From assembly GCF_035084215.1 (NCBI RefSeq), contig NC_090333.1, forward strand, positions 59,024,001 to 59,088,000: DNA of 64,000 nucleotides, read 5' to 3'. Position 1 is the stretch's first letter; every line of letters starts with the position of its first letter. Below the pieces are notes generated by a model, which saw only the letters and a program-made list of their open reading frames with translations, was not told where the DNA came from and made no database searches. Origin of the DNA: Heptranchias perlo (Eukaryota). A program made the translations under genes and the position numbers. Of the stretch, positions 36,713-50,541 are shown one piece after another.

Positions 36713-39139
36713 TCTCACAGACAGGATTTGTTTTGATGGCAACATTGTTTACACTGTTCCTCACTGACATTAAAAAAGCACCTATACACAAAAGCTGTCT
36801 GGCTGCCTGCTCCTCGTTTTGCTTTTTTGCTGTTTGGTGTTCCTGTCTCTGTATCCTGGCTTCAGCTAATGCTCTGCACTTGCCAGCCTGCTTTGGCCTG
36901 CTCCAACACAGTCTGCTGTCCTCCGCTGCCAGACCTGACCTGATACCAACACTGCTCAGTCTTGTCTGCTCCAACACTGCACACTCTGGGTGCCCCTGCT
37001 TCTCTGATCTTCTCTTGATTCATGATCTCCACCGCTGTCCACTACAGTCACTGCTGCCTCTGCATCTGGACCGAATCTTCTGGGATCTCCACTGCCATTC
37101 GCTCTCTGAAGTTGGTATTTCTTTTGCTGTTGGTTCTGCCACTTTGAACTTCCTGGGCCTGGAGTATGGTTAAAGAAAGTTCCCTGATCGATTGAAAAAG
37201 GCTTTTCCAATCCACCAGATCCAAGAAGCTGATGCAAACAGCAAAAGAAAATCATTCGTACAAGGGCTCAAACAGAAAACAACTGGCTTAGGGCTTGGAA
37301 GGGAGAGATCATGGGAGATTGTGATCTGTATTTGGCGCACAGGCTATGTTTGGACATCCCTGACCTATTGGTTTCAGACACTGCACAATATAGTACTGAG
37401 CCGCACAGATCAGAAGCTTCAATCCTGATCTATGCCAAGTTAGCTTCAGTACCATCAACTTGCATTTATATAGCGCCTTTAACGTAGTAAAGTGTCCTAC
37501 GTTGCTTCACAGGAGCAAAGGAGGAGACATTAGGACAGGTGACCAAAAGCTCAGCCAAAAAGGTAGGTTTTAAGGTGGGTCTTAAAAAGGAGAGAGAGGT
37601 GGAGAGGTTTAGGAAGGGAATTCCAAAGCTTAGGATCTAGATGGCTGAAGATCTAGACAACCCTCCACAGCACAGAACTGGGAAAAAGAAAAAAGATCCA
37701 ACCAGAAATCCCACTTCCAATTGCCACCCAGTATCACATGTGGAAATCACTTACTGTCTTGACTCATACAAGAACCAAGTCCTTTTGGGCAAGGTATTGA
37801 AGGGCTGCTGATGCCTGTGGAACTGGAGTCCAGCAAGAGTCAGGAAAGAAAATTGGAAAACAAAACATGTTTTGTTTCGTGTTTAACATAAACATATTGA
37901 TACGGACAGCTTCCTACAGTATCAAAATGTTGTGAAAAATTAAGCACTGTTCAGTGTAATTTAAAAGAAGAGTCCCATTTACAACACTCAGGATTTTTAG
38001 AGTAAAGTGCAAAAGGACTTTATCCTTTCTATGCATTTCTAAGTAAACCTCAAGCTGCAGTTTGCTGAATCACTTGTGGCAGTTACCAAAAAAGTGTTTA
38101 AACATGCATGTAGATTGCAGAAATGACTAGCACAAGGTTGCTGTCAGTTACTGCAAGCAAGAAGGTACACTTGAAAAGGAGAAAGGAAGCATTTAATAAA
38201 CAGGCACTACAATCAAGTACACCCATTGCACTGATGTTCATCTTTTATGCTTTTCCCTGGACAGGAAAATAAAAACAGAATTACACCCAATACATTATCT
38301 ACAAACATTATATATAATCTAAAAATCCTATTTCAACATTCTGCTGTGCTTAACAGACCACAGTGAAATGTTAGACGATAAATAAACTTGTGCTCAATTT
38401 AGTGGGTGGAGCAGAGGAACAATTACAGAGCTGATTATTTACTTCACTGACTTAGAGCAATTCCATGGTGATTTCAATAAACTGCAGTAATAGCTAGTTG
38501 TGTGCATCAGTTATAGATTGCTAAATCTATTGGAAAGTGAAAGTATAAAGATATGTCTGGCATTTAGTGCACTGAAAACAATGTAACTTTAACCAGAAAG
38601 GATTCTATATGCAATATAAACCTTTTTCAGACATTCCTCCTTCCACCCATTTATTCTTATTTACAACAGCTAAGCAGGAGAGAAGTCATCTCCTCCCAAA
38701 CCTTTGCCAACGTCACTCCAAATGACGTTTGGGTGAGTTTATATAGGTGAGCCAAGATTGAATAGCCTGGTAGCTCTACCACCGGGGCACCATAACTGAG
38801 ACTGGTGTCACTCTCATCCCACATCGACATGCACGCTCGTTCAAGTGAAAGTTACCAGAAACAGAAGCTGGAACACGTGCTGATTTTCCTCCTTCTAGTC
38901 TATGGGCCAAATGTAGGGTCATTTTGACAGAGATTTAACTCAGTACAGACGAGCGATTGAACCAGTACTATACTGGATGGTGTATTTACCAATTAGCCTA
39001 TTGCGCAGTTGGATGGGTGCTTCTAACATGAAGTCTTTACACTATTAGACCTCAGTATAATCAGGACCTGTTTGGATTTAAAAACAGCATAAATAACAAT
39101 AATTACAAAGTAAGGCAAGTGCCCTGGTCATTTGTCTAT

Positions 39140-39975
39140 TACGTGGTACTTTATCAAATGCCTTTTGAAAGTCCATTGACAACATCAACTGCACAAGCCT
39201 CATCAACCCTCTCTGTTACTTCATCAAAGAACTTAATCAAGTTAGTCAAACACAATTTTCCTTTAACAAATCCATGGTGCCTTTCATTTATTAGCCATAC
39301 TTTTCCAAGTGCTAATTAATTTTGTCCTGGATTATTGTCTCAAAGTTTCCCCACCACCGACGTTAGATTGACTGGCCTTTTAATTGCTGGAATTATCACT
39401 CTCCCCTTTTTTGAACAGGAGGATTGGAAGATTGTGGCTGGAGCAAAGATTCACAACCCTCTGAGTGAAGAGTTTTTTCCTCATCTCAGTACTAAATGGC
39501 TGATCCCCTAAGCTGAGACTATGACCCCCTAGTTCTAGACTCTCCAGCCAAGGGAAACAGCCTCTCAGCATCCACCCTGGGTTGTTCTCCTTAGAACAGA
39601 GAAGGTTAAGGGAAGATTTGATAGAGTTGTTCATGAACGGCTTTGACAGAGTAAATGAGGAGAAACTGTATCCAGTGACAGAAGGGTCGGTAACTAGAGG
39701 ACACAGATTTAAGGTGATCGGCAAAAGAGCCAGAGGCAACATTTTTTTTTTTTTAAACGCAGCGAGTTGTAATGATCTGGAATGCACTGCCTGGAGGGGT
39801 GGTGGAAGCAGATTCAATAGTAACTTTCAAAGGGGAATCGGATAACCACTTGAAGGGAAAAAAAATGTACATGGCAATGGGGAAAGAGCAGGGGAATGGG
39901 ACTAATTGGATAGCCTTTTCAAAGAGCCAGCACAGATGTGATGGGCCAAATGGCCTCCTTCTGTGCTGTACCTAG
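39140..39975. mobile_element. Patchwork of CR1 fragments in both orientations
   Basis: 39140-39415 matches 4025-4300(-); 39430-39570 3' fragment(-); 39575-39975 FSLEQRRLREDLIE...WNALP (+). Confidence 0.85.
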
Positions 39976-42699
39976 AATGAATTGCTTTCAAATAGCTTCT
40001 GAAAAGTTAAAATTAAAAAGATAGAGATAGAAACATTTCAAAGTTTCAAAGCATAATTTTGGATGACTGAAGTGTTTCAGCAGCATTCCTGTGTAACTTA
40101 GTCAAACTCTGCACAATAAGTAGAACCAGGACAACAGTACTCAGTCTAAAGGTTGTGACCCTGCTCCCATTATTAATGTGGGGAACTAAAACCTGGCTTT
40201 CTGTAACCTTTGATCCAGCCCTTTGCCAGTTTTTTTTAAAAGTACTAGTTAAAAGTTTTTGGCGCTGTGAAGCCCTTTGGGACATTCTACTACGTTAAAG
40301 GCGCAATATAAATGCAAGTTGTTGTTGAAAGGTTGTTTTAAAATTTATAAAAACTAGTTGTTCTCCCATGGTATTGAGCAGGAGACCTCCAGTTCATTCA
40401 TCCTCCACTCCTGTCAAGCCTCACTGCAGCTTTGGGCACTCAAGCTTTAGACCTGTTCATGAACTATCACGAGGAAATAAAATTTTAAAATAATTTTAAA
40501 ACTTTACTCCTCAGTAATGGATCATTTGTCATCACTTGAGGAAAAACAAGAAAAATCTCAGCTTTCATTATTCACTAATAGTTCTCTGTACACATTAATC
40601 TGTATTCACTCACAGCTCCCATCGCACATGATGTTCTTTTCACAAACAGCTGTCATTGCACACATTTTCTCTCTATTCACTAACAGCTCTCGTTACATAT
40701 GCTGCTCTCTTTCCTCTTATAGCCTAGCTGCACATGCTGCTATTTCTCGATCCAAAAGTGAATTGCTTCTATTGGAGGCAGAGTTGCACCTCACTCAGTG
40801 CTCGCCACTTTCTCTTCACATTGGGCACAGAGTACTGGCTGGTGCACCAACAAAAGAAACGGCTGCAACCTGCTCAAGTTTAGAAGGTCTTGCCCAGGGT
40901 GGGAGAAAGGAATGAAAAAAAATTGCATTTATATAGTGCCGTTTGTTCCCCCCCCAGACATCCCAATGCTTCACAGCAAATTAATTACTTTTTGAAGTGC
41001 AGTCACTTATTATATAGGCAAACATGGCAGCCAGTGTGTACAGTGAAGCCCCACAAAGAGCAATTGATAAGCGACCAGTTAATCTATCTTGGTGTTGTTA
41101 TAAGAGGGATAAACGTTAGCCAGGATACTGGGAGAACTCCCCAAAGCTTTGAATAATGGATGCAAAAGATCTCGTGCCACCTGAACAGGCAGTCGGGACC
41201 TGGGTTTAACATCTCATCTAAAGCCGCCTGAAAGCGCAGCAGTCTTTTAGGAGACATGGGTAGAAAAGGGTTATTTGGAGTGTAATGAAGAGCAGTTGTT
41301 GTTCATGCATTTACCTTCTCTACTGAAAGGCTGAAGTGGGCCTCCCAAAGATGATAACACCTGCATGTTTACTAGCTGACACTAGCTTAATTAGAATAGC
41401 CTGGTGACCTCAGGAAAGGGAGATATAAAGAGTAGAAAGCAAAATCTTTGAGATGCTTTTGAACTAGTCATCTTCACCCATGTCCAATAGAAGTAATGTA
41501 AATTTACTCATTATTGATGGACGCTGTAGTTTAAGAGATGTAAAAGTTACACGTGATTAAGGCATGATCAAGTCATGTTGAGCCCACCATACAAGGGCAT
41601 TTTGATAAGAGACCTATAAGCAGTTAAAGGTATATAAACCAGCAAATTGTAATGGGAATTTGGATTTAAAGGTTCAAATACTGAGCTCAGAATTGTAATC
41701 CCACAATCAGGTGAGTTTGTAAGTACTATTTTAAGTGTATGCTTAAATACTATTGCATATATTATATACTTTAACAAAGTGACTGCATAACCTTAAAACT
41801 TCAAGAATCTATTCATTCAATAAAACATCCTCTCCCTCAGCACTATACTGAAGAGCACATATCTCTAGACTGACATGTCCTGGCGGCTTGAATCCCCAAT
41901 CTCCTGATTCAGAATGAAGAATACTACCACTGAGTAAACAATAATTGAACACCTATATAGGTATAGAAGCTACTTTTGCACAAGTACGAGCCCATGTTCA
42001 GTCAGGCCAGTCAAGAACTGGATCGCTGTAACAGAGCCTTCCAGTCCACTTCAACTACCGTGTAGTCTGAAGCTGTTACTCGTTCTAGGAGCAGATTCTG
42101 TCGCATGTGGCTATCTGTATATAATTAGGTTCATTGGTTTATGATTACCGGATAGGTCAAATTTTGTTACTGCATGGTATTTCACGATTGTTTTTTAAAC
42201 CAGTGTTCTGTAGATTACATTCTGCGATTCCGTTTAATTTTCTGCGAAAAAATGTTTTTCTGTTTTGTGAGAAGTCCAGACATAAAGAAGTTGAGAACTG
42301 CTGAAATAGAATAATAGAATTTTTAAGCAGTTTAAAGACACGCTATTTTTAGTTTGAGTGTGTCTGGTGTTTTCAAACATCAACAATAACACTGCAGTAA
42401 ATACTGGAATTCATCCAAAGCTGTCAAACTCCTAACTTCTCGGAGAAATTGGGTGAGTTCCACAGCGACTGGGAAAGTTGTTAAACGAAACGCTGAAAGC
42501 GAACTAGTACATTACCAAAAAATATTTTAAATCGCAGGGGACGAAATCTGATTTTAGCAGCAGACAAAATTTGAACAACCCTCCCCATCCATCTTCTGTT
42601 TATAATGCTACATATATGTATACACACAACAGACCTGTCTTTTAATACAATCTCACTAATGTTTCAAACACAATCCGTTTCCTCTAACTTTCTTGTGGT

Positions 42700-43600
42700 G
42701 GGACTCGGTCCGGGTACTAGGTTTCCTCCTCTCCTCTCCCCCCACCCCCCGAGGATGGGCCGGTTGGGTCTTTGAAAAGCTCCCTTTTCTACGTTGACGT
42801 TTCTCTCAGTATCAGGCCTGGACGGGCTGAGGAACAGGGCCTTACGGGCCAGAGCCCTGCGAGAGGAGCAACAAAACTCCCGGTACTGGATTGGATGAGA
42901 GGAGCAGCAAATGCCGCACAGCGTGACTCTGGCTTTACCAGATTCAGAGGCCGAACCGAGAAAGCAGAGCCCAGGGTTGAGGCCTGAACTCATTGCCCCG
43001 CGCAGCCCAGGAGAAAAAACTTGCAACAATGTAACAGTGAGTGACTATAGAACCAGTGATTGCAACATTGTAACTCTTGCCCATTCTAACCCTCTGTAAC
43101 AATCTCTCGGCCGCTACTACAATGTTTTACCCCGATAAGTGAGAGTCAGTAAAAGGCCGTGGCGGGCTCAGCTCTAGCTCCGCTCCGCTCCACTTCACTC
43201 CGAGTCCTTACACTCGGCCCGGGGAAGAAAGGATGCGAGCCTAGCCCCTTACCCGGTCTCTTTTCGCTCCCGGTTGAGTCCTCACCACCAGGCTACGGCC
43301 TATCTTACCTCCAAAGACTGAGACTCGATGACAGATTCTCAGTGCCACCTAAAGCAGGCTGGAGCCGCACGTTTGAGAAGCAGCACCAGCAACCATTCAG
43401 GAACGGCAGGCCGTTCAATCACACGGAGTGACAGCAGCTGCAGCCATTCAGAAGCAGCGTCCAGGGTGGGCGGCGGTCACGGCTGCTTGTCAGTCATGGC
43501 GGTTTAGCCAGTGAGAACGGAGAGAGGGCGGGCCTTGGCAGGCGGAGATGCCACTCATCCGTCACACTCACGATGACTCGGCATCAATCTAAGAATTGTT
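42700..43600 (-). promoter_or_regulatory. KEAP1: CpG-rich KEAP1 promoter and candidate non-coding exon 1 (donor GAG|GTAAGA after 43309)
   Basis: Local CpG enrichment; GC boxes at ~43464 and ~43526; minus-strand donor-like sites at ~43308, ~43285 and ~43252; mammalian KEAP1 has a non-coding exon 1. Confidence 0.65.
43568..43583 (+). promoter_or_regulatory. Antioxidant response element (Nrf2/sMaf site)
   Basis: TCACGATGACTCGGCA matches the extended consensus TMAnnRTGAYnnnGCR at every position. Confidence 0.65.
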
Positions 43601-43743
43601 TTGTCATAGTAAAAGCTCCTCTGGGGTTCTACGCATCGTGCTTGTTTTGCAAAGGACCTTTATTTTATTAAATGTTGTGCTTTTAACCCAGGTTATGGCA
43701 TTGGGACAAAGTGTGACACGTCAGCAAGTTGCTGCCTATTTAG

Positions 43744-43752
43744 GCTGAGTCA
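43744..43752 (-). promoter_or_regulatory. Second ARE/AP-1 core
   Basis: TGACTCAGC on the minus strand. Confidence 0.4.
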
Positions 43753-46700
43753 GGGAGTGAGTTGCAAAGAATAGGAATTTTGCAGCTTTTAGTAATATAC
43801 AAAGTAATCGTCACAAGTGGTAGACTAGTTTGTCGGGATTATTATAAACTATAGATTTAAATATTTATATACCACACCTCATTATCCAAGTAGACACGTG
43901 ATAAAACATGTTGATACAAAGTTACATATCTCAGTAGACTTCATAAGTCATGTTTCAACTTCATATCGGCTTCTATTACTATCTTTTGCAGTGTCCAATT
44001 AAGTGTACAAGGGCGGGACCGTTGTTGGGATCATAGCTCGAGTACTGATGTTTTCTTTGTGGATTTTGAAAATTAAGTGAAAGTCATAGCCACCTGAATA
44101 ATCATTGATTCCATATCAGTACAGAAATAAAAGGGCAGTAGATTTATATTTTTAAAATCAGATTTATGCCGCGGTGTCAAATTGTGTCTCATAATGCTCC
44201 TGTGAAGCGCCCTGGGGCGTTTTACTACGTTAAAGATGCTATATAAATGCAAATTGTTGTTTTAGGAATACTAAAAACTGGTAGACAGCCAACCAACTCC
44301 CCCTCTTAAATGAGCGTCAGTGTTATTATTACTATTACAATTTAAGCAGTGCTCCTCCTGTAACACATTTACAAAACGGAGAGATAAATACCAAGCAGGG
44401 AGTGAGATAAGGAAGAGACAGATTTAGAAGAGATTTTGAAGGCAAGGGAGGTAGCAAGACAAAACGGTTCTGGAAAATAGTTGCAGAGGGTAAGGGAGTA
44501 ATGATCAAAAGCTTGGCCTGAACATGGAGCAAGCAATAATCAAGAGTCCGAGAAACAGATGGTGTCCACTGGGTTATATGGCTGGGGAAGGTTACCCAAA
44601 TAAGGTGTGGTGAGGCCATTGAGTGACTTGAAAATGATTTGCTGGAGCACAGGGAGGCAGTGGAGTTGGTGAGGATGGGGGTGATGAATGTCAGGACTTT
44701 GCGCAAAAGAGAACTTTTGCCACAGATTTGTTGAAGTTTATTAAGGGTGTGTTAGAGTATGGATAGTGAGCCTTGAGGTGATGAATGCATGCTTGAGTGT
44801 TTGAGTAGTGGAAGGGTGATGTGATTTCACTGGGGGAAATTCGTCTGATGAAAGCTGGAGGGAGAAACTAGAGAGCAAAGGGGCATGGGGTTTCAGTTGG
44901 GAGATGGGTTAGGAAGATTGGGTTCAAGGGAGTGGACCTGATCAAGCCAATGGCCTCAAATTTGGAAACACAGAATTCCATGATCTCTTCCCATGTAGCA
45001 TCAGAGGTGAGGATGGAGGAAGCAGGGGCGGGAAATCAAAGGTGGTGATTATTGGTAAAACTGTAATAAGTAAAAAATTAATAAGCCTCAAGTGAAGTCA
45101 GGGATAGAGGATTTTGTTTCTCTTACACAGAGGAATAGATTCCTAGCAAAATCATTTGGTGCTATGTCAGTTTATTCATTTAAAAAGGCTGGATAAATAT
45201 CTGTTTAAGAATAGGATTGCAAATTAGAAGAATAAAGGGAGATACACATGATTAAATAATGTATCCCATGGAACACTAGGACAATGAATGAGTGAATGTG
45301 GAATGCAACTGATAGTGTAAGCATGGGTTGTTCATAGAATGATACAGCACAGAAGGAGGCCATTTGGCCCATCATGCCTGTGCCGGCTCCTTGAAAGAGC
45401 TATCAGGTTAGTCCCACACCCTTGCTTTTTCCCCATAGCCCTGCAAATTTTTCCCCTTCAAGTATTTATCCAACTCCCTTTTGAAAGTTATTATTGAATC
45501 TGCTTCCACCACCCTTTCAGGCAATGCATTCCAGATCGTACCTCGGTGCCTAAAATTTGTTTTCCTCATGTCGCCTCTGGTTCTTTTGCCAAGGTTGGAT
45601 TAATACTCTGGAGTTTTATTTGATTACCCAGAGAGTGGGGAGAAATTTCACTGAGTTTTTTCTTCTTGGAGGGTTACCTGTGGTTCATTTCATTTCCGAG
45701 ATTTAATGGGTTATGCAGACCTTGTGATAGGGCCAATGTACGTGTTCTGTGGAAGGAGAAAGCTTGGTGGGCTGAATGTCATTTTTTCTTCATTCCATGC
45801 TTTTCTATGTTTAGGAAGAACCGTCTTAATAAAGAGGTTATTTGGTAAATCTTGTTTTGTAAAGTGAGGGCCTGAAGAATCAATGTTGATTTTTTTTTTA
45901 TTGGATGTGTTTGTAAATACACAGAAAATGTTTGATGGATACTTTTTCATGAAAACAATATTGCTTTAAAATGCATTATATATTTTTAACAATAACAGTT
46001 CCAGTGAGTCAGAACTAAAAAGATATATTTGAGACATAAAAGGGGAATTGCTCTCCCTGGAGGATTGTTTATAAATTCTTAATCAATTAAATTTGTTAAA
46101 AAAAAATTAAAGCAAAAGTTCCATTGTTTACATCCATTCTCATTCACATCTCTCCAAGCTGCCTAGGTTCACATATTTTCGTTGTTTTTTCAAGACTGTC
46201 AACTCCCCCTCCCCATTATACAACATTTGAATCCTAGAACTCAACTCCTGTCACCTTACCACAAGGTCATTATTTCAGTCGGCAGCAGGATGACATCATA
46301 CTGCTATTTTTGAAAAGCTTAAGAGTATAGCAGATGCTACCTGAGCTCTAGTGCTTCCAAACAAGGCCACCTCAACTTTTCTTGATTCAGGGTAACTTAT
46401 AATTGGAATCCCCAAACCATTTTCACACACACACTATGACCTACCTATTAACTCTCATGGGCCACATTGAGGCACATTTGCTGATTTTCAAGCTATATTT
46501 TGGAATGCTCACTTCCATTCCTACCTCAGCCTACTGCCACTGAAAACCTTATCTGTGCTTTTGTCACCTAGAAGTAACTTGCATTTATATAGGGCCTTTC
46601 ACAATCTCAGGATTTCCCAAAGCACTTCACAGACAATGAAATATTTTTGAAGTGTAGTCTCTGTTGTAATGTAGGAAATGTGGCAGCCAATTTGTACAAA

Positions 46701-49388
46701 GCAAGGTCCCACAAACAGCAATGAGATAAATGACCAGATAATCTGTTTAAATGATATTGTGCTGAGGGATAAATGTTGGCTAGGACACCGGGAGAATACC
46801 CCTGCTCTTCGAATAGTGCCATAGGATTTTTTATGTTCACCTGAGAGGGCAGACGAGGCCTTAGTTTAACATCTCATCCGAATGACGGCACCTCCCACAG
46901 TGTAGCATTCCCTCAGTATTGCAGTGAAATGTCTGCCTGGATTATGTATCCAGTCTTGGAGTGGGGCTTGAACCCACGTACATTCTGATTGAGAGGCAAC
47001 AGTATTCTATCGGGCCAAGGCTGACAATTATGGACTCGATTTCTCCAATTTCTGCATTGCTGACCTCCCATCATCCAGTCTTCATAAACTCATTTTGTCA
47101 GTGACCTATAGCCTGCCGCACACTGGCTAGACAGTGAGAGAAAGCAAGAGAGCGCTATTGACTGGAGTTTGTTATAAGTCACTGTTCATGCTCACAGCAA
47201 ACTGTAGTCCATGGTAGAACCACATCCCCTATGATCTAAAACGTTTGCCTTTATGCGTGATGTAAATAAGAATAGAATGTCACAGGACTAACAATTATGC
47301 TTTTACCAAGATATTTTGCACTGAAGATTGCTACCCACCATGAAGTCTGTCCTTTCTGAAAGGCAGAAACCATCATACTGTTATCGTTCAGACTAAAATC
47401 AGTAATCAAATTTATTTAAATGAAATTTAATGACATACAAGCAAAAGATACACCACATATTACTCACAATGCCATGCTTGATTTACATTCTACCATTTTC
47501 AAAACCAAATAATAAAGTGTCTGCAGTCCTAACGCCCTTTTCAGAACTTTTTGACAAAGCTTTTGAAGATTGTAAAGTAAGTACACCTGTCCCCCACGGA
47601 GTACCACCACATTGTCACAACATTGAGGACAAATGATTGATACAAGAGAACTGCAAACTGATAGAACTGGAAAACCCCCCCACCTATTATATTATACCAT
47701 TCCTCTCGGTCTCCAAGGTAGACGACAACAACCCAGATCAAAGGACTTCTTTCCCTCTGAGCACAGAATTACGTTATTAATTAATTTTGCAGTTCAGGTT
47801 GAAGAGTGTGAGGAGTAGACTTCTAGATGTGTAGTGGACTTTGATTGTCTTTGATACCTACCTTGATTCTCAAATAGCTTGCATCCAACATGAGATTGCA
47901 AGCTCATATTGCATTAACATCTCAATACCAAGCAATAATTTCTGATGTAATTATCTTGCAAGTCTAGGCAATCAACAGCACTGTTAGACACTACTTCTTG
48001 AAGCCAAAGGTTGTTTCTAGATTTGTGTATACCTTACACTCCCACCCCAAACAAAGATAAAATAATTATTTTTGGAAAGCAGCTAAGCGTTTTATTTCAA
48101 ATTCGCAATATATTGGACTATCACAAATTTCATATAAAACATTTATAGATATTTTATGATTCAAAGCAAGACATCACCAGGATATCCCAGCTTCCTTCTA
48201 TTAAAACTATAAGTGCTTTAGTTTATTAGAGGGATGTCATTACACTGTAGAAGCTGGGACAGCGGCTCTTTTATTTTCTATCATTTTACAACCAGGTAAA
48301 GCAAGAGGAAATACTTGTGAATCTAATAGCCGAGCAGATGTGTGAAGGGAGAAAGAGAAAATAGCAAGCGAAAATAAGAGGAAAAAAGGATGAGCGTGAA
48401 GGAGGGAAAATATTAATGGGACTTGGTTATCAGTAACAGTCCACATGACTGACACAGCTTGCAGCTTTTAATCACGTTTATATTTTTGCAATAAAGCAGT
48501 GACTCAATTATACAGCTTGCAATTGAAAAATCACAAAGGATTTATCCAATATTTATAGCTCTACCTTAGAGTTTCTAGTTGAAACAGTACTCCTCTGTTC
48601 GTAGATCATTGATTAAAAATGTGTAGTATCATGCAAAAGAACTTTAAATTAAACAAAAGTGTAACATTTCAGTAATTAGATTGGGAGCTGCACTTGTGGA
48701 AGTTACATGTTGCTATAGAAATAACATAACTGTCTACGAAGTGAACAAAGTGGTCTGTGCCTCTATCAAACTGCCACTCTGAAGGAAATCCCTCTGTTAG
48801 GTGTTTGCAAACGGTCTGTCAACTTCAATAACCTGGATAGTTATCCGTAAAATACTGTGTTTGCTTTTCTTTAATGTGCAGTGTTCACTTAAATCCTGTG
48901 TAAATAAACCACAGGTATGGGAACTGTAGCCATTAACAGTTGTGAAGTGGAGCCATTTCAGGAAGCAGTGATCAGTCCACTTGGCCTTTATATAGATAAT
49001 TAATCTCTGTTCAAACTGCCTTTTGACATTTGCAATTTAAAATATAGAAAGTGCTGATCTGGGGAGGTGAGTTATTGGTAACTTCAGGAGGGTAGGATTA
49101 TGCAGTTTTGTCAGTTCTTCACTGTGACTAACAGCTACTTCTGAGTTTTGTAAACAGCTATAGATCATAAATCTCACACTAAGGATTTTCTTTTTTGTTT
49201 ATTCCAAACAGTTCATGTTTACTTTTCACAGAGTATCCAGGAAAGTATGATTACGTAAAGTGCTGACTGATTCAGTCCCTTGAGAAACAAATAGCTGGGC
49301 TTGAGAGCCATTCAGCTACACTGTGCCACCATTGAGATAGAAGGAGATAGTGCAGCAAACAGTAACTTGCAGCAAACAGTAACTTACA

Positions 49389-49523
49389 CTTCCACACCGC
49401 CTGAGGAAGGGGAAAGCCCCCGAAAGCTTGTGGGATTAAAAATAAAATCGTTGGACTATAACTTGGTGTTGTAAAATTGTTTACAATTGTTAACCCCAGT
49501 CCATCACCGGCATCTCCACATCA
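49389..49523 (+). mobile_element. Short PLE-derived element with hammerhead motif (49397-49433)
   Basis: 9-bp TSD taacttaca (49380-49388 and 49524-49532); CCGC-CTGAGGA-A-GGGG(aaagc)CCCC-GAAA-GC-TT-GTGG. Confidence 0.75.
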
Positions 49524-49782
49524 TAACTTACAGATAGCAGCCTTAGGGCATGAAAAAAAAGCAGGCAGAAAACGAGGGTTAGAATTGTCCAGCAGATCTT
49601 CGGTACCTGGAAGTGGACAAGAATAGAAAGGTGAGGGATGGTAACCAGAAACAGGCCAATGGCACAGGTCAGCATGTGGTTGCTCAAGGGAACAGGAAAG
49701 AGATAAGATTAAACGGTAAAACTGAGTTGTAAGGAACTCCACTTTAAGAGCGATTGACGGAATCTTCTGCAAACACAACCAG

Positions 49783-50541
49783 GGGCTCAATTTTAAAATG
49801 GAGCCGGGAAGAGGGCGGGGGGTCAATTTCAGGTCGGGAAACCCATTAGTACAGGTTTGCCAGACGTCCTTACGATTTTATTTGTTGGTTTCCCATCCGA
49901 CTGACAGGCTGGTCTCAGTCGGATGGGAGACCAGCCAGGGAGAGGAAGTCTTCAGGTAAGTCTGCAGGTAAGTCTTTGTTTGTATGGATGGGGTGGGGGC
50001 CACAGGTGAGCAAGGGGCATGGGTGGGCAAGGGGCAGTGGGCATAGGTGAGCATGGGGGTCACAAGTCATGGGGGATGGGATCGGGGGTCAGTCACGGGG
50101 GGAGTGGGATCGGGGGTCTGCGATCATTGAAGGGGAGGGTCGGAGTCGGAGGATCAGGGGTCCGAGGGTTGGTGCAGGTAGGCTTGTTGGGCCTGGGGGA
50201 AGCACTCCTGCTCTTCCTGGCCCACAAGCTGTGCCTTTCTAGGCACCTACCTGTTAGTCTCGGGCCTTCTCGCCTCCTTTCACGAGGTGTAAAACAGAAG
50301 GACCGGGAATCTCGGCCCCCCAGGGTTGAAATCGGGAATTAGTGAAAAATGGAGGCCTGAAGCCTCCTTGAAAAGTTTTGTGGCCCAACCCGCCTCCTGG
50401 GAGTGGATTGGCCGCCCGCCTCTCAACCCGCCTCCGTGAAAACTGGAAATGGGCAGTTTGGAGGCAGGTCTGAAATGGTGGCAATTTTCAATACCTCCCC
50501 ACCCGCAACCCACCCATTTTTTTACTTTTAATATCAAGCCC
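49783..50541. mobile_element. Non-autonomous DNA transposon (PIF/Harbinger-type MITE)
   Basis: TIRs GGGCTCAATTTTAAAA and TTTTAATATCAAGCCC; 3-bp TSD CAG; GC-rich non-coding interior. Confidence 0.8.

Noticed and set aside
42664-43431. ORFs in the KEAP1 promoter island
   Set aside because: GC-rich sequence has few stops; no recognisable protein.
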